Positions 1 to 11,424 of a stretch of 20,000 nucleotides of DNA are shown piece after piece. The notes beneath the pieces were generated by a model. That model saw only the letters and a list, made by a program, of their open reading frames with translations, made no database searches and was not told where the DNA came from. Within the stretch, counting starts at the first letter, position 1. The number at the start of each line of letters is the position of its first letter. Source of the DNA: Proteromonas lacertae (Eukaryota). The position numbers were made by a program, and so were the translations under genes. Where the stretch lies: contig NGBS01001177.1 of assembly GCA_002245135.1 (NCBI GenBank), positions 47,441 through 67,440 on the forward strand, read 5' to 3'.

Positions 1-3000
1 TAAACAAATATCATCATTTCATAATGATTCAAACTCAATCTTTTTGGAACATCTTTCATTTTGCCATCATCTTTATTTTCATGTTCAGCTGAAATATAGG
101 AAGATGCACTATCTTTATAACTTCCACTAATACTACTTTTATTATTGCTTCTTGCTGTTAATTTCAATGAATTGGCTGCTAAACTTGTTCTACTCATTCT
201 ACTAGTTCTAGAAACTCGAGATGTTCGAGATACTCTAGACATTCTACTAGATCTTGATCTTTTACTACCTTTCGATGATTTACTATTGGTACTTTTATTA
301 TCATCCATATTTTCATCATCTTCTGGTGGTAGTGGATATTCTACTGTTAATAATAAGTTGATAATTGAATTGAACTGTGATATTACATCTCTTACTGGGA
401 ATTGATTGTTGATCATCCATTGAGAGAAGTCGAGCATGATGTAGATTTGATTGAAACTTCTACTCATCAGTTGAATGGCTTTGTAATAGGTAGTGAGTTG
501 ATTTGTTAGACCTTTGGCTGAGACTGATAGATTGCTCCACATCTATATATAATAATAATAATATTAAAGATATATATACAGTTGCCATTGTCATTGTATC
601 TAAATCAGACATTGTTGTCATTTCTACACTCACATCTTTACCAATTTCATTCAATATCTTTATCTTTAATTTCCATAATGGTTTTTGATCATGCTATATA
701 ATATAATAATAATAATAATAATATTTAATATATATATATATACAACATCAAGAACTTGGAATGAACTTTGAATATTTTTAATACCTTCATCATACAATTT
801 ATTATCATATAAACTCTGAATATAAGAAGTATAGAAATTCTTAAATAATTCTTTAAATTCATCATTACTAGGACTATTTCTCAATGTATTGATAATCCTT
901 TCACAATAAGGATATAATATCATTCTTGTAGTAACAGAATTAATCATTGGAACAATTGAATTCCATAGTTTCTTTGCTGGATTAACAATCAACTCAATAT
1001 CATTAGTTTTAGATCCAAAATAAGCGGAGTTACAGTAATGATCCATAGTTGCTTTTTTATAAGTATTTATATCTTCAACACTTTGGTTGTTCATATCAAT
1101 ATGATCTTCGATTGATTGTCCCCATATCATTTCACTTAATGCTAAATAGTGATAATATTCTACATTATAACTATCACATATATCTTCATCAAATCTTTCT
1201 TTATTTAATTTACATAAATATTGACATTTTCTATGTAGATTATGTTTGAACGAATAATAAGCTAATTTCATTTTACAATATAAATATAATGTCTCCATTT
1301 CCAATAATTCTGTGTCTTTTATTGTTTTAGCAGATGCTGTACGTTGTATATCCCAATCTGCAATTGATTCATCAATTGTTTTTTCACATTCTTTAATCAT
1401 ATTCATTTTTTCAACATCTGTTACTTCTTCTAGTGATAATGAACTGATTAACAACATTATCTTTTCTACACCTTCTGTACCATTTGCTACATCTTTTTTA
1501 GCTGTTTTGATCAATGCATGGGCTTTTACTGGATATATATCTTTCAATTGTAATGGTGTTCCAATGGTGTTTATTTTGGTAATTAAATTAACACAATCAT
1601 TGAACAAGCCTTTCTTTTCTTTTATCTTTAATAACACCCAGTATAAGTTTAATAATAGTGAATTATCTTCAGATTGAACTTCTTCTAAGATTTGAATCAT
1701 ATTTGTAATTCCTTCAGATAAAGAATCTGAACATTTATCAAACTGATTTGATTGGAAATATGGCAAATGGTAGTTCCAAAAATAAATGGCACTATTTTCA
1801 CACAACCAAGCTTCTTTCAAGCTTTGTGCTAATTTCATTGTTTTTATGATATTGGTGATTATATTGTTATTTATATCGACTAATTCTTTAGGAGTATTTT
1901 CATCAACATACCCAATCAGATTAAAGGGTGATTCAGTTATATTTTGATTTTGACATAATTCTTTACCTTCTTTCACTAAACATTCTATTAATATTAACAA
2001 TATATCACATTGAAGTAATATTATGTTTTTATATTTGTAAATATTCCACTCATTCTCTAATACTTTGTTACAACATTTCTTGGTGAATTCTAAATGTCTT
2101 ATACTCCATGCCAATTGTGCGATATCTCCATACAGTGTGATTCTGTATTCTTCCATATCCTTGCTTCTTGAAATCTCATTTCCTTCCGCATCTGTTCTTA
2201 CTTCTGATAGATTTAATAAATCTATTGCTTCTTTCAAGAAGTTTATTTTTACACTTATCTGTTTGGCTTGCTTGGTTTGTTCGATTAATAATACAACTTT
2301 TTCTTCTGGACCATTTGGATCACGATATATGTCTGTCTTTAAATCTAATTTTCTTTTGATTGGTAATAATACACGATCTAATGGTCTTAATTTGTTTTGT
2401 ATTTCTTCAGGCGAGTCATCAGCTTGAGCTTGAACTTCCATCAAACCATAATCAAGTCTCAATGATTCATTTATATTCTTTTTTGCTTTTGTTAATAGAT
2501 CATTGTCCATTTCACACTTTGCTTCTTCTAAATGTAATTGAGCTCTAACTAAATAGTATAATGAATCTATTTCTTCTAACGAATCAGTGATATTGTTGTA
2601 TAACGTATAGATATGTCTTCTTAAATTTGGTTGTAACAATGGCAAACTTATATTCCAACCTAACATACATAATCTTTGTAATAATAATGGATCGTTCATT
2701 CTTTTGCAAGATTGGAGACTTATACATAATTTTTTGATTGCATCAGTACGTTTGGTCAACTATAATTAAATAAATAAAGTGTACAATATATAAAATATAC
2801 TTTAATTGCTTGAATTCTTCTTTCATCTAGTTTATTAGCTCCTTTAATGTTATCTATATCATGTATCATATATTTGATAGTAAAGCAATCAATAATTAAA
2901 TTAGTATGAGCATCAGTATCTTTTGCTTCCTTGATTGTGTTCAAACAAGCTGTAGCAATATCAGTTAAATCATTATTCAATGCTATATCACCTATTTCAG

Positions 3001-4212
3001 CTAATAACTCAGCATCAATTGGAATATTCTCATTAACATTGGATGGAACAGCTTTTGCAGCTTTTGCTGGTGTTTTTTTCGCATTTTTGTCTTGTTTGGG
3101 TGCGGGAGTTTTCTTACCCCCTTTTTTGTTGTTATTTGGAGTTTTTGAATTAGCGACTGGTTCTTCTGGTTCTTTATTCTCCAAGATTGTATTGTATGTT
3201 TCTATTGATTTGGGATAGACTTTTCCCATATAATCTAACAATTGACCTTCTGTTTTACTATCACCAACAGGTAATTGTCTATAGATATAAAATATAATAA
3301 TTATTGATAAACATACTTTAATGCAATAATTTCATAATACATCTGATCACGAGGAGATGTAATCACAGCACCACTTCCTTTACCACCTCCATAGATAGTC
3401 TAAAAAGTAATAAAAACAAATGAGATATACAGCCATATAGTTTAATTGTTTCAATATATACTGAGCTTCTTCAGATTTCTCATTTTGCACCAACGTAATA
3501 CCATTCTTAATACAAGTCATTATTTTATCTTTAGAACCATTTGCAATATGTGCAGTTAATAACGCCATCTGATACTTTGCTCTCCAACATTTATCTTCAA
3601 AATTCAATTTCTCTAATAAATCACACATTCTAGTAAAGCATTCAATACAATGTTTAGCTGTATCTTCTTTTAAGAGTGGTCTACCAACTTCCCACATTAT
3701 TAAGGATGTATTGTATATTAGGAAATTGTATCTTGGCTGGTTCTTTTCTGCTATTTCTAATACTTCTAGTAGATAGCTTATTCCTTTCATTCTTTTATCA
3801 AAATTGTCTTTTCCTACTGAATGGTGTGATACTAATTCTAAACATTTTGCAAATAATGCTCGGCAATAAAACTATGTAAAATTATATTGAATTAGATAAA
3901 TACTTGATCTTTTGGAGGATTTTCGTTGAAGTATATTTCTAATGCATCATATGCTATTTTGTATTGTTGTAAATGAACAGCTGTTTCAGCTATATCTACT
4001 AACAGTTGTGGTAAATGTCCATCTGTTCCATATCCTATTACACCTAAAAATGATGACCTTGTTTTCTTCACTAATTCAAATGCTTGGTTAAGTTCTTTCG
4101 ATCCATCACCAACCTATAATAATATTTAAATTCTAAATACATCATCATCATGTAAATCATATATTTCTACAGCTTTTCGTAATAGAAATTCTATTCTCTG
4201 GACTAAAGCCAT
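1..4212 (-). CDS. CFAP46: Cilia- and flagella-associated protein 46 (TTC40), 5' part; continues beyond the left edge
   Basis: ATG at 4212. GT-AG introns at 4114-4140, 3872-3903, 3400-3430, 3279-3316, 2760-2810, 694-743 and 543-579 join all exons in frame, and the frame is open to position 1. Recognised motifs: PRYNFLIYNTSLIMWEVGRPLLK, EDKCWRAKY, DPLLLQRLCMLGWNISLPLLQPNLRRH, AQLHLEEAKCE, WLCENSAIYFWNYHL, DFSQWMINNQFP. Confidence 0.9.
184..260 (-). repeat. Imperfect 9-bp coding repeat giving (Ser-Arg-X)n inside CFAP46
   Basis: Minus strand translates as RSRSSRMSRVSRTSRVSRTSRMSRTS. Confidence 0.75.
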
Positions 4213-4340
4213 TAAAAATTGAAAAAAAAGAAAAAAAACGATTAGCTTGGCTTGAATAATTTTCATTGGATTTTTAAAATACCTATATATTCTCATAAAA
4301 CTATTTTTTAGTAGATTAAATTATACTGTAGAGAAATAGA

Positions 4341-6170
4341 ATGGAGGAAAATGATGATGAACTTATTGATAAATTTAACAAAGAAATTTTCAATTCTACA
4401 GTTGAGAACTCTAACACAGTTAAAGAAATAATAGAAAGATGTAAATTATCTGAAGAATTTAGTTTAAAAATGCTAAAGAATAGTCAATATTTACAATTTG
4501 TTCAAACAAACATAAAGAAAAGTGAAGAAGAACTTAATAGAAACTCATTTATGTGGAAATTACTATCAATATTAACATCTCATGGTATGAATGAATATTT
4601 TTTCGATTGAATTTAGATTCTTTAGTATTAGTATTTATAGAGAATGAGATAGATGAAAAAATATATTCTGTAATTATTAACCCTTTATGTAGATTGTTAA
4701 ATACAAATACAACTGTAAAAACTGATATTTTATCTTCATTTTACAACCTAATTAGTAAAGATAATGAGAGTATATATATATATATTTGAATATAATTAGA
4801 GAGAATATGTAACAAGACAGATTTATATAAATGTACATTTTGGTTATTGAAGTTAATGCCTGAATTTAAATCAGCTCCACCATCATCATTACTAATTCCA
4901 TTTTATAATATTATATTACTATTCTGTGAAAATAATGGTATATATTTTAATTTATGTATGTATAGAACAATTTTTAAACTCATTAAAAAATAATGTTGGT
5001 ATAATTGATGTTTATATGTTGTATCCAAATGAAAGAGTTAGTAAATTGTGTGAGAAAGTTTGTGAGTTGATTGATCGTATATATTCAAGTTATAATAGTA
5101 ATTATTTATACAAAAAATAGCATTTAATGAAGAAGAAGATGATGATGATGAATGTGAAAATACTGAAATAAGTAAAAGTGATGATAATTCTACAGATTCT
5201 GACAATCAACCCGCTAATACAAAACTTGATTTATATTTATTAAGAAAACATATAATGGAAGATGAAAAAGAAAAAACAGATGCCAAACCTTTAGAAATAT
5301 ATAAACAAAGAGAAGAAGAGATAAAAAAAGAATTAGAGAAAAATGATTATAAAGAGAATATCGAAAAAGAGAGTAGAGCTCCAGATGGTGCAATTAATTC
5401 AAATAATAAAGTGAATGAAGATAGTTATTTATTACCACAAAATTCAATAAATCACCAGCAAATTGATTCTCATTCAATTCCATCATTATCTTTACCACCC
5501 ACTTCAAATAAAATCAATTTAGTAGAAAGAGAGTTTAATGAAGTACTTAAAAAGAAGTTTGATGAATATATGGAAAATTTCTTGTATATTTTATTAATTT
5601 TTATATATTGTATGAATAGATGGTATGATTTTTCTATATTATATAATATAATAATATAGTGATGGATGGTATGTTTTTCATTTTTTTCTTTATATCTTTT
5701 TATATTATAATTATTTATATACTTCTAAACATATTATTATTATCTAATGTTTAATAGTGGATCTCAGTATATTATTATCATTTTATATTTTTCTATAGAT
5801 TGTATATTTCAATTAATTCATTATTATAATGGTAATAGGGAGTATTAAAGGAAAATTCTATATTTCTTAATAGATCGTATATTTCTTATATCTATTGCAT
5901 GTTTATAGTGATTATGTAGATGGAGTTATATCATATCCGTATGTTTTTTAAATTTTTATCTTCTTAATTTGTAGAATGTATAACATTTTATAAATCATTT
6001 CATAGAGAGTATTATTTTTGTTTATATTTATTCAATAGATGTGACACATAGTATATTATTATACTGTTCTTATAAATAGCGGGTATTTTATCACATTTAT
6101 ATATAATTATAGAAATAAATACACAGTGACAATAGAAGATGGTGAAATTTTTTTTGAACCGTTACAATGA
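4341..6170 (+). CDS. Unknown protein: helical N-terminus, acidic/low-complexity linker, C-terminal zinc-ribbon-like module encoded by micro-exons (16 introns)
   Basis: Phase-1 introns 4585-4616, 4770-4799, 4938-4965 and 5077-5120 join the ORF pieces in frame. Twelve further phase-2 introns (5584-6112) give ...ENFLCDGCGSQLESDYVDGVISYPIECDTYGNKYTVTIEDGEIFFEPLQ, with TGA at 6168-6170. Start codon uncertain. Confidence 0.75.
5584..6112 (+). other. Micro-exon array: 12 introns and 11 internal exons of 3,9,9,3,3,3,30,3,3,12,3 nt
   Basis: Introns: 5584-5619, 5623-5659, 5669-5757, 5767-5798, 5802-5838, 5842-5873, 5877-5908, 5939-5974, 5978-6005, 6009-6038, 6051-6079, 6083-6112. All start GTAT and end TAG; 11 of 12 are 28-37 nt. 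Confidence 0.8.
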
Positions 6171-6224
6171 ATATGAAATGAAGAATTTTATTTATTTTAA
6201 TTTGCTTCATTATTGTTTTTTTTT

Positions 6225-7164
6225 GAGTTTTTCAAAATAAATTTGAAATATATGTTGAATATATCATTTCATTAAAAAGAATTTCTAGAAAAAAATATTG
6301 GATAAGGCATATGAACTGATAATAAAAAATCTCTTACTTCTTCTGGGTTGTATACAGTAGATTCTCTGCATACTCTTTCTACTTCTTCTGAGTTATGTAA
6401 GATTGATCATCATTCTCTTCAAAGATCTTAATGAATTGTGGTGCTTCTTCTTCTGGACATTTTTGAGCAACTTTAACTACTAATTGTAATGAGCTTATGT
6501 TTGTTGATAACATTTCTTTTAAGCATTCCATTCTATCTTCTAAATCAGTGTAATGTTCTAATGCTCTTTGAGTTAAACCAGCATTTTTGCATAAGTTACC
6601 AACATAATCTTTATCGTGATAAGATAACAGTTTATTAGATAGTATTTTATCCACTACTTGAAAATTACCTGCTGGCTTATCACCTGCTAATACTCTAAAT
6701 AAGAACTTATCACATTCTCTAATAGCACCAACATTGGCAAAGGCATCAGCAACTTTTGAAGCATCAACTGTTGCTCCTTTCTTTTTCCAAGCTTAAATAG
6801 CAAATTCAGCAGCTTGTTCTGGGTTTACTCTTACCATTTGTGATACTAAATAACCATAATCTGGATCATAACCAGACTTTACTAAGTAAGCTTGAATCTT
6901 ACCAAAATCATTCAATTGTAAGAAACAATTAATAACTTTCTCATGAGCATTACCTTTGAAGTATACTTGTAATGCAACTCTGGCATCATGAGGAGCAATT
7001 AAATCACCTAAAGCTTCTGATGGTGTAATCTTATCATTTTTTTATAATTTCCCAATCATTGCTACTTTTCCATTTGATACTAATGGTCCACATAATTCAA
7101 CAGTTTCAATTTCATTCAACTTTGTCATTACCTCTGTGACATTGACTGGTTCATATTTAGACAT
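6225..7164 (-). pseudogene. CHC: Clathrin heavy chain pseudogene with internal deletions, nonsense codons and a frameshift
   Basis: CHC-like motifs: KLNEIETVELCGP, DKITPSEALGDLI, ALQVYFKGNAHEKVINCF, LCKNAGLTQRALEHYTDL, ECLKEMLSTN, EVERVCRESTVYNPEEVRDFL. In-frame TAA at 7042-7044 and 6793-6795; frameshift near 6390. Confidence 0.9.
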
Positions 7165-7235
7165 TTCTACAGAAGATTATCAAAATTAACATGAGAAAAT
7201 ATATTTGGCTTGTTTCAAAATAAATATTAAAATTA

Positions 7236-8435
7236 ATGTTTACTGAGATTCGTGGTAATTTAGAAATATCTGAAGATATATTAACCAATACACCATCTAG
7301 AAGGGTTGGAATTAGTGAGGAAGTTGAGATGAAACACCGATTGTTTTGTAGTAATTTGATAAAGGAAGGTGGAATGTTACTTAAACTATATCTTTTTGAA
7401 TAGAAATGTGTTATATTTCTTTAATATAGTATAATCCTCAAGTAGTAATAGTTACATCTCAAATTTTAGCTCACCGTTTTCTATACCGAAAATCGTTAAA
7501 AGAATATAGTGCATTTCAAAGTAAGAATATAATTAAATCTAGTTTTTATAGTTGCAATGACAACCACATTTTTAGGAAGTAAAATCGAAGAAGAAATAAG
7601 AAGTGTGAATAGTGTAATAAATGTATTTATGCGAATATTTCAACGATATAAAAATATAAAGTGTGTAATACCATCCAGTTGTTTAGAAAGAGTAGAAAAA
7701 TGGAAATCAATAATCTTAAAAACTGAATTAGATATATTAAGTGAATTAGGTTTTCTGTTATACAGTTTAAATGAGCATCCACACAAATATATATTATATT
7801 ATATATCAGAATTAGGTGGAAATAAAGAATTGGCTCAAATATCTTGGAATTTTTTAAATGATTGTTTTCATAGTGATATTTGTGTAAAATATAGTGGAGA
7901 ATGTTTGGCTTGTAGTGCAATATTATTGGGAAGTAGAAAATTAAAAATAAAATTACCTGATAATCCTCCTTGGTGGAAATTATTTCATAATGATGGAAAG
8001 AATATCATTTTTATATTAATTTTCATATTTTTATTATTATTTCTTTAATTTTATGTAATTATTAATGAGATATGTAATAGAATAATGGAATTATACCAAT
8101 ATCCAAAAATAGACTGGCTTGATTCCTTGTTTGAAGATAGTATAGAAAATTCAGAAATAACAAAAAACGAGTTGTTAAGTGAAGAAGAAAAAGAAGAAGA
8201 AGAATATGAAAAAGTGATAAGTAGTATTAATGATAAAATAGAGAATAATGAAAATAATAGAAAAAGTATATCATCATCCTCTTCCTCATCATCAACATCA
8301 TCTTCCTCATCATCATCAACATCATCTCAATCATATAGAAGAAATAAACATCATCATAAAAGATATAGTAGAAGTAGGAGTAGGAGTGGTAGTAGGAGAA
8401 GAAAACATAGATATAATAGACATTCTCACCATTAG
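7236..8435 (+). CDS. CCNL: Cyclin L (cyclin boxes plus C-terminal poly-Ser/RS region)
   Basis: Motifs TPSRRVG, GGMLLKL|PQVVIVTSQILAHRFFYRKS, FLGSKIEE, VINVF, ILSELGF, EHPHKYI, QISWNFLND, LPDNPPWWKLF, and an RSRSRS tail. Introns: 7388-7434 (AT-AA), 7521-7551 (GT-AG), 8002-8058 (AT-AA). Confidence 0.9.
7388..7434 (+). other. Putative U12-type (minor spliceosome) intron with AT-AA ends
   Basis: Donor ATATCTTT; branch-like TTTCTTTAAT at 7416-7425. Removal restores the conserved LLKLPQV exactly. Confidence 0.75.
8002..8058 (+). other. Putative U12-type intron with AT-AA ends
   Basis: Donor ATATCATT; the same TTTCTTTAAT at 8040-8049, again 9 nt from the 3' end. Removal joins WWKLFHNDGK to IINEICNRIMELY in frame. 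Confidence 0.65.
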
Positions 8436-9601
8436 AATTAATTTGTAATTTCTTTTTATTTTTTAAGTATGATATTCTACAATCATCCATTTGACATTTT
8501 AACCATATCACATAAATCTTTACATAGTATATCTCCTTCATTTTTATATTCTGTTATGTCTATTGTTTTTAAAATAGTAAAATTAGTTGTTTTTACTTAA
8601 TAATAACTTCATTTTTTCTCGAACAAAATTCAATCAGAAAAGATATATAAAAGTCACTTATTAGACTTGAGTGTTATATATATTATTACTATATATTACT
8701 TATATTATATACTATATATTACCTCTATGTTATGTTTTTATTTAGTAAAATGATAATAACAGTATAATATTATGATTTTCCATATTACATATATGAAATT
8801 AATGTTAAAAATATTCAAAATAGTAAATATACATTTATAAAAAATGAAAATATAAAACCTAATTATGAATGTTTTGGAGAGAAAGAAGAAGAAATCTACT
8901 GTATTGTATGTGATAAAAATAATAACAATATCCAATTAATGATAATAATAATTTAGAGAATATATCAAATTACGAAAATCTAATGAGTTATAATGTAGAT
9001 GATATACACCCTATGTCAAAAATTATGAGATATTTAATTGCATAAAGAGTTTTTAAACAAAAACTATAAAACATAACTATATTAGTACAAATCCATCAAA
9101 ATTCCAGCAATCATCATCACCAAGAATATTTTTATCAATCACATTACTAAAATCATATAAATTGAATTTTCGTCTTGCTCGAAATAGCTTCTTTGATATT
9201 GATACAATTCTTAGTATTGTTTTTGAATTTCACTTACTTAATAAATGACAATATTAGATTTTGAATTTCATACATAAATAAAAAATAAAATCTTACATTG
9301 AGATTTTACACTATAGGTCCAATAAATATATTTATCGATAATTATATCCATTATTTCTACTCCTATATTTAATCTGAATGCATTTCCTAACAAATTTAAT
9401 ACTGTATTTAAAATACATAATTAGCTGCAAATGTCTAAATATAATGCTTTTAAAATTCTCATATAAATTCTTCACTTTTCTATCTTTTCTAATTATACAA
9501 ATCTAGCAAATTAAATATAGATTATACTTGAATATAATCATAAACAGAGAATAATAAATTGAAAATGTAATTTGTACATGTAAATTACATTCAAAAAGGA
9601 A

Positions 9602-11424
9602 ATGAATTTTATTGATTTAAATAATCGCTGTTATAAAAATAGAGATGACTACGATGAAGATAAATTTATTGTATAAGTTTGTATATAAAAATATAGGAGA
9701 GATGTTCGAAAGATGTAGATTTATCGTCAAATATCAAAAAATATATAAAAGTAGATGCTGAACATATGAAGATAATAAAGATATATAATATTAGTGAATT
9801 GTGCAATAAAAATGTTTTGAAATTGTATGAAAAGAACTCATTGTTACAAAGTGTAGATATGAGTAATTTGGTAGTATCAGATATTATAAGATTGATAAAT
9901 GAAAGTAAACTGATGTTTATTCGTGGTTATTTGGATGATAGTTTTGAGAATCAGAGACTAGTTAGTTTACTGGATAATGAAAGTGATATAGAGGATATAT
10001 GTAGAGATATATGTGAGTGTATATGTAAATTTGACAGTTTAAATATATATAATGTAAATATAAAACCAAGTAATCTCTTATATAATAATGAGAATAGAAT
10101 AAAACTATGTGATATATTAGTGAGAGATTTAAGAAAAGAAAACGAAATAAAAGATATGTTATTTGATTCTCCTGAAATATTAGAAAATAAGGAAATTAAT
10201 ATAGAAAGTGATATTTGGAGTTTTGGTTGTATAATATATTATTTAAGTGAAAAGAAAAAGTTATATAACGATGTGAAAGAAAAGACAGAATTAATAGAAA
10301 GACAAAAACAGTTATTTAAAGAAGAAGAAGATAATGATGAGATAAATAAATGTAAATATAGATTAATATTAAAAGAGATGTTAAAAGTGAATATAAGTGA
10401 TAGAATTCATGTAAATAGTTTAAAAGAAATATTTGAAAGAAAAGATAAAACAAAAGAATTGAATAAATTAGAATGTAATTTAATATTGAATAATCCAAAT
10501 GTTATTTATTATATAAGAAATGATTTACCAATGAGAATAGAAATATTAAATTATATGTTGAATAATGAATGTATATTTTATAATATAATATAATATAATA
10601 TATTTAAATTAGATATAATGAATGAAATATCAAATTATTTTTTAAGTTTTCATGAATCCAAATATTTATTCTTTATGATCTATTTAATATGGCATAAAGG
10701 AAGTGATGAATATACAAATAAAGTTCAAAAATTAGTATGTAGTGAATTTATGAATAGTTTTTATGACTGTGATAAAACTATCGAACAAAAGATAATATTA
10801 AGCACTTGTGAAAGATTTGACATCGAATTATTTGGTCAAAATATAAGGAATGAAGGATTAATCTATTTAAGTGATAATTTTTCAGTTATAAGTGAAATAA
10901 AGACATTGGATTTGGGTAGTAATAAAATAAGTTATGAAGGAATGTTAATATTTAGTGAAAATATGAAATATTTAAGTAATTTAGAAGTATTAGAAATAAG
11001 TGATAATGAATTATATGATGAATCAATAGTAGCAATATGTAAAAGAATAAATAGTTTAAAGAAATTAAAAATGTTAGGTTTAAGTGATGTAAAAATGAGA
11101 GAAAATGGTTTTAAGATATTAATTGAAAGTTTAAAAGAATTAAAACTGCTGGAGAAGCTGAATTTAGAAAGAAATAAGATAAAAGATGTAGGAATGAGCT
11201 ATTTAATAAATAATTTGATGAATGTTTGTTATTTAAGTGATTTAGTATTAAATGAATGTGAAATAAGTGAAGAAAAGATAGTAGACTTAATAAATAACAT
11301 AAAACAGTTAAATAATTTGAAGAGATTGAGTTTAAACAATAATAATGTGAAGAATAAACAACTAGTAATGACTAGAATAAGTACAATAACTGAATATAAC
11401 TCAAATGTAACTATTCGAATATAA
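9602..11424 (+). CDS. Pseudokinase domain plus C-terminal RNase-inhibitor-like leucine-rich repeats
   Basis: ATG at 9602; introns 9671-9696 and 10571-10612. Kinase-like motifs NIKPSNLL, IKLCD, SPE, SDIWSFGCI, ML...DRI. About 28-aa LRRs such as IKTLDLGSNKISYEGM and LEKLNLERNKIKDVGM. Confidence 0.85.

Noticed and set aside
145..3879. Plus-strand ORFs over CFAP46 and similar antisense ORFs elsewhere
   Set aside because: These are shadows of real genes on the opposite strand with no recognisable motifs.
5692..5730. U12-like ATATCTTT within the 89-nt intron
   Set aside because: There is no matching branch motif and it is not needed for the frame; likely chance in T-rich sequence.
6039..6044. In-frame TGA as possible selenocysteine
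   Set aside because: It disappears once the micro-exon structure is parsed (reads GAA TGT GAC).
5584..6080. Apparent multi-pass transmembrane C-terminus (I/F/Y/L-rich)
   Set aside because: This is read-through translation of AT-rich introns; the same artefact ends many ORF-track entries.
6793..7044. In-frame TAA codons in clathrin as evidence of stop-codon reassignment
   Set aside because: Long exons of the other genes contain no in-frame TAA/TAG, all three stops terminate genes here, and the locus also has deletions and a frameshift.
8675..8722. TATATTAC-like short repeats
   Set aside because: Low-complexity AT sequence with no spacer or terminal-repeat structure.
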